A stretch of DNA of 63,608 nucleotides, filler included, from Craspedostauros australis (GCA_030167865.1; 19 parts of 19 records of this genome joined end to end with filler, not necessarily neighbours in it), one strand, 5' to 3'. Shown: positions 12,891 through 25,835, counted from the whole stretch's first letter. Program-made: numbers and translations. The notes: generated by a model from the sequence alone, not told the origin.

Positions 12891-15021
12891 GCCGTCTTCC
12901 TCCCCAACGTCGGCCAGGGGAAAGTCGACACGCAGGTTGCGGGAGCCGTGTTCGTCGGCTGCACGGATCGAGGACCGAGGGAGGAGCTGTTGGGTGTCAT
13001 CGTCCAACACCCAGAAGGTGAGTTCGTCACCCTTGTGGAGACAGGGTCCGGCCCATCTCCCCTTCCGCTCCTTGGACTGGCTGGGAAAGCCAGGTTTCTC
13101 NNNNNNNNNNNNNNNNNNNNNNNNNNNNNNNNNNNNNNNNNNNNNNNNNNNNNNNNNNNNNNNNNNNNNNNNNNNNNNNNNNNNNNNNNNNNNNNNNNNN
13201 NNNNNNNNNNNNNNNNNNNNNNNNNNNNNNNNNNNNNNNNNNNNNNNNNNNNNNNNNNNNNNNNNNNNNNNNNNNNNNNNNNNNNNNNNNNNNNNNNNNN
13301 NNNNNTTGATGTCTTGGATACGCCTCTCTGCGGCGTTCTGGTGCTGGTGCTCCGGTTCGCTCTGATGGTCAGCGATGGAGTACTGTCGGAGTATGTCTTG
13401 CACCTTGAATCCGATCTCGGATTTCGCGTTGTCGGACATCAGGAGATCAGGAGCTCCGTGACGCCGGATGAAGTCTTGGAGAGTGGAAGCGACTTGCTTC
13501 TCCGATGTCATGGGGAATCCTGCGGTGAAGCGAGAATCCACGGCCACGTATACTTGCATCATCGTGCTGCCACCATGGCCTGGCACACCATCGTCGTGTG
13601 TAGGTGTGTCAGAGAACAACGTGTCCATGGCAACGGTCTCGTGGAGCCTGTCCACGTTCGCAGCAGGGAATCTGGTCTTGAAGTGCTTTCTCATGGTGAA
13701 TCGCTCGGAGGTGCGGTACCATTGGGACGTGCACTTGAGAGTGTCTTGGACTCTTCTGACCGGGATCCATCCGAAGTACGGACGGAGGGCCTCATAGTCG
13801 ATCGTCGGCTTCGCACGAGTGATAGCGCCCTGACTTGGGGCACCGGTCTCACTGGTGAACACTTCGATGGAGTCCGGTGAGTGGACGCCGTCGTCTGAGA
13901 CACCATCTGAGATCCCGTCCAGCGAAGTGAACTCGTGGTCGAGAGTGGATGGGTCCCAGTCTTCGTCGGCAGTGAAATCCACGTGAGGGTACGTGTCAAT
14001 CTCCCTGCGTGTGGGGGGCCGCATGTCCATGTAGGACAGGCCCTGTCGGATGGAGAGAGGGACCACATGCCCATCAGGCACGATGATTGTCTGTCTCCCT
14101 CCAGGGAGTTCGCGAGGACGCTCGTTGACGTCGAGACCGAATGCACCGAGCTGATTCGTCGAGTGAATCGTCTTGCCCTTGCCATAGAGGGCGTATTGGT
14201 GAAACTTCGCGATGATTGGTCCCTCGGTGGATATGACGAGTCCAGCGACTGTTCCGATGTCCAGGTTGACGATTGCGGTGTCTCCAATTCCGCTGATGTC
14301 GGCGGTATGGTTGGTACGGCTGATGATAGTCACATCATCGCCTGCCAATCCTCCATTCGCACCGCTGTCGATCAGGGAACCGGACTTCGCAACATCGATC
14401 TTGTTGAAGCTGTATTGCAGGACTGTGGCCTGAACAGCACGGTAGACCTTGCCCTGGATGATCACTTCGTCAGAAGTGTTGGTGTTGGTCGTGGCATTGG
14501 CCAGCATGCGCTTGATGGCATCGCCAGGGAGTTCGTCAGAACCGGCGCTGCCGGAGGTCGAGGTGGGCTTGGCTTGCCCACCACCCCCATTGCCAGTGGT
14601 GGATGTCTTGTTGGCCTGTCTGTTTGCTGCGTCCCTGGTGTACTTGGGGTCCCAAGTACCCTTGGACTGCATGTGGGCCTTCTTCTGATCCCATGTCATT
14701 TGCTTCCATTCGTTGTCTGGGATTCNNNNNNNNNNNNNNNNNNNNNNNNNNNNNNNNNNNNNNNNNNNNNNNNNNNNNNNNNNNTTGCTTGCGTCCTTGC
14801 TTGTGTTGTTGACCCTACGCTTGGTCTTGTTGCGTGGGACGCGCAGGTCATTGCGCTGTGCGGATCTGCGCACAACACCAAGGAAGGCATCGAAGTCCAA
14901 CCTGAAGTCGGCCTTTCCTGTCGCCAACGCCAAGTTACTCTGGAGAGCATCGGCGTCGTCAAGGGAACGGAAGAGATCGGCGTCAGGGGTGATGGCCTCC
15001 TTGAGCCACTGGAGCTTCCAG
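12891..15021 (-). mobile_element. Copia (CoDi-like) gag-protease-integrase fragment, gapped
   Basis: LIDSGANGG protease; integrase DTLFSD..LMSDNAKSE..QHQNAAERRIQD. Confidence 0.9.
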
Positions 15022-15124
15022 NNNNNNNNNNNNNNNNNNNNNNNNNNNNNNNNNNNNNNNNNNNNTTAATTAATTAANNNNNNNNNNNNNNNNNNNNNNN
15101 NNNNNNNNNNNNNNNNNNNNNTCT

Positions 15125-15657
15125 TGTAAACTGATAACGAGTGATTTATGATTAGTTGCTTGAGGTGCAGGATGCATGGCGAGGTTCAGTGCGGTGTATC
15201 GCGGTGCTGTGCGAGTGATTGCGGGCAAACAGAGAGAGAGGAAGCTGTTGATCGAGATGGAGCGAGATTGGGAAAATTTCGCTGGCCGAAGTTTGTTGAG
15301 CTCAGCAAGATGACCTTGACAGGATAACGCTCCATGAACGAACTTAGATAGACGAACGACTTCTTTGTTGCGTTGCCATCCGTACGAAGCTTAGCACTTA
15401 GGGCATGGTCCCACGANNNNNNNNNNNNNNNNNNNNNNNNNNNNNNNNNNNNNNNNNNNNNNNNNNNNNNNNNNNNNNTGGTTGAGTGCGTTTTGGCGCG
15501 AATTGGCCGATTGTTGTTTTTGTTGTTTTGTGTTTGCTCAATCGATGTTCGGGTTCGTGGTTCGGATCTGATGTTCGGATTCGAGTCACGAGTCGCCAGT
15601 CGTGGTTTCGTGCGCTCACAAAATGGATTGATGGTCGACACAAAACCGATTCCGACA
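15125..15657 (-). repeat. Probable 3' LTR of the copia element at 15686-18071 (contains an N gap)
   Basis: PPT-like GAGGGCGAG then TGTCGG just downstream of the pol stop; distal end ...TTTACA is uncertain. Confidence 0.55.
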
Positions 15658-15685
15658 CTCGCCCTCAATTGGACAAGTAGGAGCC

Positions 15686-18071
15686 TTACCAGCCCATGAG
15701 ACTCTTCCGGGCAGATGCAAATTTGATTTTGCAGAGTGCCTTGGTGAGGATGTCCGCAAGCTGGAGGTCTGTGGCGATGTGTTTCACCTGGATCTCGCCC
15801 TGTTTGAGGTGCGAGCGAAACCAGTGATATTTGACCGCGATGTGTTTGGAGCGGGGAGTCATTCGAGCTGGTTCGGTGGTGGCGAGGGTGATAGCAGCTT
15901 GGTTGTCTTCGTGGACGGTAGTGAGTGTGTCCAAACCGTCCGAGCTGATGGTGAAGCACTGCGTGATCTCGCGGAGGGTCTCTCGGAGCGGAACCAGGAC
16001 TCTCATGGCAGTGGACATCGCAATGTACTCTGATTCCTGAGTGCACACTGCAATTTCCGTCTGGAGCTTGGATTTCCAGATGATGGGCATATTCCCCAAC
16101 ATGACCACGAATCCTGTGCGCGACTTGACGCATGTAGGGTCCTGGTCGGACTCGGCATTCCAGAGGCCGGCGAAGTCAGCGTCGACGTAGCAGTCGAGTG
16201 CTCGCTTGGTGGATGGCTGGACGAGGATGCCTTCTTGAAGTGTGCCGAGCAGATAGCGGCCGATGCGTTTGAGAGCTTGCTCGTGTGGTAGCTTTGGGTC
16301 ATTGCAAAAGCGAGCGCATTGGTTGATGGCGAAGGCACATTCAGGACGTGTGTTGGTTCCCAGATACATCATCATGCCGAGGACTGAGCGGTAGTTGAAC
16401 TGCCCTGAGCATGGCGGTGCATCTGGCTCCTTGCCCAGGGCCTTGTCCGCTGGAGTAGGACGGGAAGTGGCATTCTCCAAGCCAAGGGCTTCGATCACAC
16501 GCTGAGTGAGACCAGGTTGCGACAGCTTCAACGTGCCTTCGGAGTTGCGCTCGATTTGGATCCCGAGGTAGGCGGAGAGGTCGCCTTCTCTGGTGAGGTC
16601 GAATCCTTCAGACTCCAGGGTGTTGATGAGGGCCGTCACCTGCTCTGGTGAGGTGCCGCAGATGATGGCATCGTCGACGTAGAGGACGAGGACCAGTCCG
16701 GGCTTGAGGAACAGGCACGGGTCCTTCACGGAGACAGTGAAACCGAAGGTGGGTGAAAGGAGTGCCGCACGCAGATGGTCATACCACAGCCGAGGCGCAC
16801 GTCGGTCTCCATAGAGGCTCTTGTTGATTTGGAAGATGCGACCGCGGAGGTCCTTGTTGGCGCTGAAAGGCCCGGGTGGAAGCTCCATGTAGATTGGCTC
16901 AGGGAGAGAGGATTGGACAAATGCATTCTTGAAGTCGATTGACTGGGTGTGCAGGTTGAATTCGACGGTGAGAGCAAAAAGGAGCCGGATGGTGCTCCAT
17001 TCGACAACAGGGGAGAACGTTTGGTTCTTGTCTCGCCCTGTTTCGAACTGTCGGTCACCACGAACGCACAAGCGTGCCTTCAGCTTCATGATCGACCCGT
17101 CCGGATACCGCTTGCGTTTGAAGACCCACGTAGAGGGGATGATTTCGTGGGAGCCTGCCGAGGAGCGGGGAACGATGTCGAACGTGCCCTTATCTTGAAG
17201 TTGGTCGAGCTCGGTGTAGATGGCAGCGATCCACTTGGAGCGCTCCTCGGGGTCGTCGCACCGGAGGACATCACGAAGGGTGGGGTTATCTGCGTCATGG
17301 ACCCGCACGCCAAGGAGGCGAGGGTCAAGCTGATGGACCTCCTGGGTGATCGGATGAGTGGAGGCTTCCATAAGGGCATGGAACCGAGGGTCGATGGCCG
17401 CGGGGTTGTCCCAATCCAGGCGGTCGAGGATGGATACGGGAGCATGCAGGCGTGAGGGCCGGCCAGTCGAGAGGACCGAGGACGTGTGGAAAGCCACGGT
17501 GTCGACGTGGACGGTGTCGTCGCCGTACTTGAGAGCGGGCCTGCGGATGCGATGACCGCGTCCCAGGGGAGGGTCGGCACGGGCTGGTGCCTCAGCTGGG
17601 GCGGCGTCCTGGGGTCCGACGTCCTGGGGATCGGCGTTGTTCTCTACCGCAGGTACCACCACCTCGCCCTCAACGCCGACACCAGGAGGGGGGCCAGAGA
17701 AAGGAAGAGCGGGCGGGTCGGCGGGAAAGAAATGCGGGTCGGGCGGCGGAAGCGGGCCATCAATAGCAGCGTCATGGAACTCCAGCACGTGCTCGCGAGA
17801 GGTGCGGAAGAGATCGTGCCAGAGCGGGTCCAGGTCACCGGAGGAGGCATTGGAGACAGTGGAGAACGTCTCGTCGTACACCACATGATACTGCCGGGAG
17901 ACCCATCCGGTCTGGATGCTGCGGATGAGGCCAACCGAGGACGAGTGCTCGGGATCGAAGCCAAGGTACTGGCCGAGCCGGGCCCGTGGCTCCCAGCGAG
18001 GGATGGACTTGTCGGCCTGCAGCCGAGGGTCGAGGACGTAGGCGGGGCACCCCCAGACGCGAGAGCGAGGG
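15686..18071 (-). mobile_element. Copia integrase C-terminus, RT and RNase H
   Basis: WVFKRKRYPDG..KARLCVRGD, LYVDD, YVDADFAG, EDNQAA, ADILTK, ending LMGW*. Confidence 0.95.
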
Positions 18072-18171
18072 NNNNNNNNNNNNNNNNNNNNNNNNNNNNN
18101 NNNNNNNNNNNNNNNTTAATTAATTAANNNNNNNNNNNNNNNNNNNNNNNNNNNNNNNNNNNNNNNNNNNN

Positions 18172-18971
18172 ACGCCATGGTGTCCTGAGAATGCTGGGGC
18201 TCCTGGTGGAGAGAAGACGCTGGGTGCAAACCCGTTGTGGCTGCGTTGTGGTGTCCCAAATGGTGTTCCACCAAATGTGTTGTTTGGCGCCATTCCCTCG
18301 ATGGTGCGCGAGATGGTGTGCCCGAGCGGAATCGCTGCCTTCTGCTGCCGCTCAAAACAAAACGCTGCGATGGTGAACGACCCCAGCCCGTTGTAAATGA
18401 TGTGGTACTGCTCAGGCATTGGCATCTTCGTCACAGCATGCCGGAAGTTGTTGTCCATCTGGAAGTCAACACTTACCCTGCGCGTGACTGCGAGTTCACC
18501 GTTCTCATCGGCTTGCGATTGTGCCATCGAGCGAAGCGCTTCTTGTCCCTGACGAAGGCCAACGGAAAAGTGAGGACGATCCGTGAATGGCCCGTAGATG
18601 CTGCTTGCGGAGTAATAAGTCGCCGGTAGCTTGTACGCCAATTTAACGCTCCACCCATCATCCTCGCTGGAGAAGCGAATAGATTCCGGGTTGACAAGCG
18701 GTTCGAGCACAAAGAAGATGTGAACTCCGCGGCGGTTGTGGATCAGGCCGCCTCCCAACACCGGATCGGGCGCATTCTCTCGGAACGATCCTTGCTTGAC
18801 CATTTCGGCGCTCGAAGTTGCCACAATTTCCTCCTTTCCTTTCTCGTGGTTGATGTTGAGGCTGCTCATTGCTTCTTCGATGTTGTTGTTGCCGCGGCTG
18901 GGCGTTGCGCGCTTTGTGATGGTGGTTGGTGCGAACTTCGCGGATTTGGGCACTGTGGTACGACGAGGCAT
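18172..18971 (-). CDS. Hypothetical protein fragment, possibly a transposon accessory ORF with a beta-sandwich region
   Basis: Open ORF on a short repeat-like contig; alternating hydrophobic pattern GVHIFFVLEPLVNPESIRFSSEDDGWSVKLAYKLP. Confidence 0.4.
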
Positions 18972-19280
18972 GATGAATGGTGGAGTGGCGAGGCTGAGCT
19001 CGTCGTTGATGAAGTCGGGCGGCAGTTGATCTGCGGAAGCTTCGTCCGATATGGATCCAGCGAAGGAGAAACTCTCGTCAGTGCTGTCGCTGATGTCGTC
19101 GGTACCGCTGGCTCTGTTGGAGCGTGATGCGTTTACAACTGTTGGTGAATTAGAAAGCTCCTCCTCGTCGTCGCAGCTGGNNNNNNNNNNNNNNNNNNNN
19201 NNNNNNNNNNNNNNNNNNNNNNNNTTAATTAATTAANNNNNNNNNNNNNNNNNNNNNNNNNNNNNNNNNNNNNNNNNNNN

Positions 19281-20725
19281 TTCGCCCTCCTTGGTCTCGG
19301 ATGGCGGGTCGACCTCCTCGGTCTTGGGGCTTACCGGCGGCCAGTAGTACTCCTCCTCCTCCTCGGCGTCTGAGTCGCAGTCAATCTTAATCAACTCAGC
19401 CACACGAATCTTGCGAATGACCGTGGCGCAACGCTGAGTGCTGGCGCTGGAGACAACAGCGGAAGGCACCACGACGGGGTCAGGAATATCAGCGCGACGA
19501 GCACGTCTGCGAGCAGCAGCGCGGCGGGAAGCACGACTAGACGTGTCCATCGAACCCACAGTCACGCGAGATGGTTGACGAGCGGACTGCACAGTGAAAA
19601 GAAAGAACCCAAGGGATGTGTGAGTGAACAAGTGGGAGTTGTGAAGAACAGAAGGCGAAACCGGTATCGAAAACACTTACCCTTGCAGAATGTCCTGATC
19701 CGGTAGGTCGGCGACCACGAGCAACTGTCATGCGAACAGGATGAGGACGGGAAAATGTTAATTCGTCATCGGACGAACTGTAGTCATCCTCTCTCTGGTG
19801 AGCACGGGGGGTCAGCTTAAGTTTGCTACGCCTCTCTGTTCGCCTGTAACGCGCCAAGTTGGTGGCGCAATGGGTGACTGGGCTCGCGCTGTAGACCGGC
19901 ACCATGCGCACGATCAGCAGGGGCGCATCAGTGTGCACATCGCTCTCCCGATCATTGATGCCAACAGAAGGATTGATAAAATCAATCCCATGCATGGCTT
20001 GNNNNNNNNNNNNNNNNNNNNNNNNNNNNNNNNNNNNNNNNNNNNNNTCCTTGTGCACGCGGACAGGTCGTGGGTGCCCGCGACACATGTTGCGAACAGC
20101 AAGCGCGTAGGATTCGCTGCGTTCGCGTTGCCCGCGGAAAGAACGAATCTTGAGGTGTGGAGGAACCGTTTCGTTGAGGCGCTCAAGCAGCTCCTTGTCG
20201 GTTGCGGCGGATGACGCGAGCTCTTGGTTCTGATCGAGCTTGACCTCCAATACGCGCCCATGCTCCTTGATCAGCACGTTGACATCGCCGTAGCAAGTCC
20301 CGCCAGGCAGCTCGAACGTGATTTCGAACACCTCCCCACGACCNNNNNNNNNNNNNNNNNNNNNNNNNNNNNNNNNNNNNNNNNNNNNNNNNNNNNNNNN
20401 NNNNNNNNNNNNNNNNNNNNNNNNNNNNNNNNNNNNNNNNNNNNNNNNNNNNNNNNNNNNNNNNNNNNNNNNNNNNNNNNNNNNNNNNNNNNNNNNNNNN
20501 NNNNNNNCAGGAGGAGAAGCCACATGCGGTGGAGGGGCATGAACAGACGAGGGCTCAGTACGAGCAGCAGTCATCGTGTCCATGGCGTGGTAGACAGGTC
20601 TTGGTGTTGGTGATGGATGGGTGGGGATGGGCGATGCCATTTGCGCCGTGTTTGGTTCGGCGGAGGGACGGGCTGTTGTTGGCATCGCGGTTGGAGCGGT
20701 GGGTGCCGGGCTGTAGGCCATGCGC
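19281..20725 (-). mobile_element. Internal part of the repeated element whose end appears at 20826, 22791 and 32371; carries a spliced ORF (intron 19587-19680)
   Basis: 19281-19506 is the reverse complement of the first about 226 bp of the 443-bp repeat; a GTAAGT..TGCAG phase-0 intron joins ORFs 19537-20721 and 19233-19676. Confidence 0.7.
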
Positions 20726-20825
20726 NNNNNNNNNNNNNNNNNNNNNNNNNNNNNNNNNNNNNNNNNNNNTTAATTAATTAANNNNNNNNNNNNNNNNNNN
20801 NNNNNNNNNNNNNNNNNNNNNNNNN

Positions 20826-21268
20826 ACGTGCTCGTCGCGCTGATATTCCTGACCCCGTCGTGGTGCCTTCCGCTGTTGTCTCCAGCGCCAGCACTCAGCG
20901 TTGCGCCACGGTCATTCGCAAGATTCGTGTGGCTGAGTTGATTAAGATTGACTGCGACTCAGACGCCGAGGAGGAGGAGGAGTACTACTGGCCGCCGGTA
21001 AGCCCCAAGACCGAGGAGGTCGACCCGCCATCCGAGACCAAGGAGGGCGAATCCACAGACACTGAGTAAGACTGGAGCGAGTCCCATGCAGCACGAACAA
21101 CCAACGTAACATAACTAGTGACCAACCGTAATACCATGTTCACACTACGTCGATGAACTGTCTATGGGAGTACCTTCTAGATTGTGAATATGTTACACGA
21201 TGACTACTTGGACTACCAATGGAGTCCCATCGGAAAACGACGCCGAAAACGTATTTACCGCGCTTCCC
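20826..21268 (+). repeat. 443-bp transposon-like element end, copy 1
   Basis: Identical to 22791-23233 and 32371-32813; identity stops sharply after ...TTTACCGCGCTTCCC. Confidence 0.9.
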
Positions 21269-21279
21269 AAGGTTCAACC

Positions 21280-22473
21280 ATGGCTGCCAAACGCAAGAAC
21301 AAGAACACGGCAGATACTCGTACGCAGAAGGGTCGCGAGGGACAGCCGCTGACCTTCTCTCTGCGCAGCGTGGTGGCCATCGTGATGCTCTGCGTGTTCT
21401 GTACCAGAAATCTGCAAGATATGTCGGTGATGGTCGCGTACAATCCTGATCGATCCACACTTTTCGGCAACGCCACATTGGAAGGTGATGAGAGCTGGGA
21501 GGAAGGTCCCGACCGACGGGCGACCGCAGCACCAGGCATGTCCAAGGAGAGGGCCAAGCACACCAGCCGCGAGATTGATTACATCCCGCTGGAGGATCTC
21601 GTCCAGACGAGCAAGTTTGACCCGCATATGTGCCCCAATGGCACCTTCTTCATCAACAGCACGTTCGCCAACCAAACGCTGCCGCCGCGCAAGATCCCAA
21701 GGATCGTGCACATTAGCGGCAAGAGACCCTGCTTGACAGGGGCATTCCGGTCCAGCCTGAAGAATTGGGAGCTGGAAGGCCACTCCTTCCTCTTCCATGA
21801 CGATCCAGCCGTGGATAGGTTGCTCACGAAGTTTTGGCCCGAGTTTCCGCATCTGCAACTGATACAGGAATGCCTCATCAGTGGCGCCGCCAAGACCGAT
21901 CTCTGGCGATATCTTGTCCTGTATGAGTACGGTGGTATCTACTCCGACATGGACAGCGCCCCTGGACCTCGGTTCACCACCGACGCCGCAATCCAGCCGG
22001 ACGATGATGCCTACATAGTCGTCGAAGGCGGTGGCTTCCCCGCGCAGTACTTCATCGCGGCGTCGCCCAAACATCCCCTCATGTTCTACGCCGTCCATCG
22101 GGTCTACTTGCGTCTGTTCGACGTCAACAATGTGCTGAGGCAGCGCATTCCCGTAGTCACCGGACCCGGCGCACTGAAGACGGCCGCCATCGATTTCATG
22201 AAGGACGAGAAATTCGGCTATCCCGAGGAAGGTCTGTACAACGATACAGGCGGTCGCCAAGTCCGCGTGTGGGGAACGAGAGCAACCAACAACGAATTCA
22301 TCGTGCGAAATGCCGTGCGTAGCAGGTACAAGAGAAACGGCTGGGCAGCTATGGATCAGAAACCCTACAGCACTATCGCGAATCAGGTAGACGAAGCGAC
22401 GAAGGAGTGGCTGCTCCAATCCTGTAGGGACGTTCTCTTCAACATTTCGCAAACTCGGAACTTCCAATACTGA
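21280..22473 (+). CDS. Glycosyltransferase with DXD sugar-binding motif (GT32/OCH1-like), type II membrane protein
   Basis: N-terminal hydrophobic anchor; IPRIVH, DLWRYLVLYEYGGIYSDMD, HPLM and TGPGAL motifs; ATG at 21280. Confidence 0.9.
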   Translation: MAAKRKNKNTADTRTQKGREGQPLTFSLRSVVAIVMLCVFCTRNLQDMSVMVAYNPDRSTLFGNATLEGDESWEEGPDRRATAAPGMSKERAKHTSREIDYIPLEDLVQTSKFDPHMCPNGTFFINSTFANQTLPPRKIPRIVHISGKRPCLTGAFRSSLKNWELEGHSFLFHDDPAVDRLLTKFWPEFPHLQLIQECLISGAAKTDLWRYLVLYEYGGIYSDMDSAPGPRFTTDAAIQPDDDAYIVVEGGGFPAQYFIAASPKHPLMFYAVHRVYLRLFDVNNVLRQRIPVVTGPGALKTAAIDFMKDEKFGYPEEGLYNDTGGRQVRVWGTRATNNEFIVRNAVRSRYKRNGWAAMDQKPYSTIANQVDEATKEWLLQSCRDVLFNISQTRNFQY

Positions 22474-22790
22474 GGAAATGACGTGGTGTGTGTGTCATTC
22501 GAAACGAGGAGAGTACGTATGTTAATAGTAGTAGCAGTACACTACAATAATTCCCTCTAGAATAGTGTGGCATGTAAATACGTGTGAGTAGGAAGGGGTG
22601 GATACTCCATGTCCTCGTGTGAATGTACCTTGTGGTGGGATACAGTTGGAACGATGGCTTGTACAACATCCCATCATTCCGTTGCACCGTNNNNNNNNNN
22701 NNNNNNNNNNNNNNNNNNNNNNNNNNNNNNNNNNTTAATTAATTAANNNNNNNNNNNNNNNNNNNNNNNNNNNNNNNNNNNNNNNNNNNN

Positions 22791-23233
22791 ACGTGCTCGT
22801 CGCGCTGATATTCCTGACCCCGTCGTGGTGCCTTCCGCTGTTGTCTCCAGCGCCAGCACTCAGCGTTGCGCCACGGTCATTCGCAAGATTCGTGTGGCTG
22901 AGTTGATTAAGATTGACTGCGACTCAGACGCCGAGGAGGAGGAGGAGTACTACTGGCCGCCGGTAAGCCCCAAGACCGAGGAGGTCGACCCGCCATCCGA
23001 GACCAAGGAGGGCGAATCCACAGACACTGAGTAAGACTGGAGCGAGTCCCATGCAGCACGAACAACCAACGTAACATAACTAGTGACCAACCGTAATACC
23101 ATGTTCACACTACGTCGATGAACTGTCTATGGGAGTACCTTCTAGATTGTGAATATGTTACACGATGACTACTTGGACTACCAATGGAGTCCCATCGGAA
23201 AACGACGCCGAAAACGTATTTACCGCGCTTCCC
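22791..23233 (+). repeat. 443-bp element end, copy 2
   Basis: Identical to copy 1. Confidence 0.9.
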
Positions 23234-25298
23234 ATGGTTGCCGTTGCCATTGCCGTGAGCAACAATGCCTTGAACGAAAGACGATGGCGTGACCATGTCC
23301 GCTGATCTTCTGGCCGTCGGAAACCTGCGAACTGCCTGCCAATGTACAGTGCTTGTTAGGCGGCAGGGAGCAAGGAGATGTTTACTATGCATACGTTGGT
23401 TGTTCGCCGCAAGAGGAAAGCATCTCGGTATCGAGATTGAACACGGCATCAGAAACCGCCTTTGAGAAACGTAAGAAGTTGGTCTCGTTTCGGTTAGGAG
23501 CTTGCATCCGGTCAACATGTGCACCTACTCGTACGTGTGGTATGGCACGCCGCGAAGGAAGCTGATGCAACCGACTTCTACCTCCAATCCATTCGCAAAC
23601 TCATCCCTATGAACAGTTAGGCACGCGCTCGACTTCGCATGCCATGTCGTGCGCTCGAGTCCCTTTGCATCGTTGGTCACGCTGCCCACGTTGATGATGA
23701 TGATGATGATGATGATGTGGTTGTTGTTGGTGATCACGTCTCTCTCTCTTGTCCCATGTCGCACACAAGCAACCACCGGATTCCACCAGCCACTTCTATT
23801 CTCGTCCATAGCCTTCGTGCATACGGCGCCAACCACTACGACAGTGCGTGCTGCGGTTGTGTGGATACACCACCAAACGGTAACCTTCGTTCGAATCTTC
23901 GTCCTCTTTGTTTGTCGTTCTACCCAACGGCCCAAGAAACTACGCGATTGATGAAGGAAGGCGAAAACCAATAGGACAGAATTCTCGTGAACACAGACGT
24001 TTGACATCTCATCATTTAGCCTGATTTGGCCTGAGCAACAAAAAGGCCTTGCTCCATACGACCACACGGACGAAATTGATATCTTGCATGCAGCCCTTCA
24101 CTTATGGACTCGGGTCTGAATACGACATTGATATAATATCACCGTGATTCGACAATTCATGTCAATTTGTTGGGAAGGATGGCGACTCCCAAGACGAATT
24201 CATTGACATTTGTATGGAGAGCTTGGACATGAGGTACAAATGATCACTTCTCAACGTGCGCGGTCGTGACCGTACAAGAACTCGTAACTTCGAGCTCACG
24301 AATAAGCACATGTCTGCGATGAGCGAAACTGCCTCATTTGCGTTGAGCAGATCACTGTTCGTGCATACTCCACAACACTTCTTCGCTGCTGAAGTGCTTG
24401 CAACACCAGCGTCAGTTTCCAGACATGAGCAACAAGAGAGAAGACAGAAAGGCGCCGAAGCCGGTATGGAGAATAGAGCCTCATTGGTGGAAACTGTTTC
24501 TATCTGTGGGTGAACAATGAACATGCCTCGTACATCTTTCGTTTCCAACTCTCTCTTCGATGCACGAAACAAACAAGGGATCAATTACGAGCTGCATCGC
24601 CGTCGCCACCAACAACAGCCCAAACGTCATAAAATAAGACAAAGCAGGTTGCGTCTTGCATAGCTCGTACCGCTACTCCCACACCAAATAAAGGACCGTT
24701 CAATAAGCCGCTCCCTACATTCTCGTCTCTGCTCATAGTCGAGCCGATAGAACCAGCGACCACAACACAACTTCACAACCAACGAGGTTGCACGAGTATT
24801 GCAGAGCGACTAGACAGCGCTGTTGCTGATACAGTCACTAATACGTGCCAACGCAGTTTCGGACACCGAAATAACCGGCCAAGAAAACATAATTCGCATT
24901 GCTCCAAATCAAAACAAATCGAAACAAAGCAAGGAAAAGAAAGGAAACGAGCAAGGGCAAGACCAAGACACACGCAAGGCTCGATACCGCGCTGTGCAAA
25001 CAGAACTGAAGCAACAGATACTGTACAACTACGACTATAACAAGAGGAACACATCTGTACCAATAGCCAAAGGTTTCACAGACACAGTTGTTCCGACACA
25101 GGAATCCCAACTTGGACGAGACCCATTTCCATCCCAGTCGACAAACCAGCAAGGAAGCCAACCAACCAGGCATCAAGCAAGGAAGGAAGGAAGCAAGGAA
25201 GTAAGGAAGCAAAGAAGCCAACCAGCAACAGCATAATCCAGCAGAACGCTCATATAATCAATCCAACCACCAAAGCCCCTTCGACTACAATAACAATC

Positions 25299-25835
25299 AT
25301 GGCGCGCTCCAAGCAACTGCAACAAGAACAGATCGATGACGGATCGGACACCCGTTCCTGCACATCCAACTCCACCTCCAGCACAGCCAAGTCGGTCCAA
25401 TTCTGCGAGCGCAGATCGGCGCTGGAGGAGATCCACCGCATCTCCAGACTCTCGAACTACACGGAGGACGAGCTGCGGGGCCTCTGGACCACGGAAGACG
25501 AGCGGCTGCTGCGCAAACAGGAGCTGCGCGATGCGCTGCAGGAGTGCAAGTACAACACGCGCCGCGAGTCCGACGATCAGTTCTCGAGGCTCGGTCTGCA
25601 CGACAAGTTCGGCGAAGGCAGGCGGTGCAAGGAGAAGTACCGCAAGAACGCGGCGCAGGCGGTCCTCGACGAGCAGGAGCTGCAACGTGAGGAAGGAACG
25701 GAAGACAAGGAAATGCTGGCGGACGTCTACTACATGTCCAACCACCAATCTCAGCAGCGGGCTCAGGATCAGGCCTCCAAGCTGCAGGCGGAGATCCGAG
25801 GCACTTCCTTCGATGCAGCTTCCACCGCATCATGA
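25299..25835 (+). CDS. Diatom-specific hypothetical protein (KSVQF..YTxxE..W..RGL..AVLDEQ..Q family)
   Basis: 178-aa ORF with strong GC3 bias and the characteristic motif set. Confidence 0.8.
   Translation: MARSKQLQQEQIDDGSDTRSCTSNSTSSTAKSVQFCERRSALEEIHRISRLSNYTEDELRGLWTTEDERLLRKQELRDALQECKYNTRRESDDQFSRLGLHDKFGEGRRCKEKYRKNAAQAVLDEQELQREEGTEDKEMLADVYYMSNHQSQQRAQDQASKLQAEIRGTSFDAASTAS

Noticed and set aside
21184..21279. N-terminal 32 aa of ORF 21184-22473 as part of the glycosyltransferase
   Set aside because: Mostly derived from the inserted 443-bp repeat and starts at GTG; the ATG at 21280 fits a type II membrane protein
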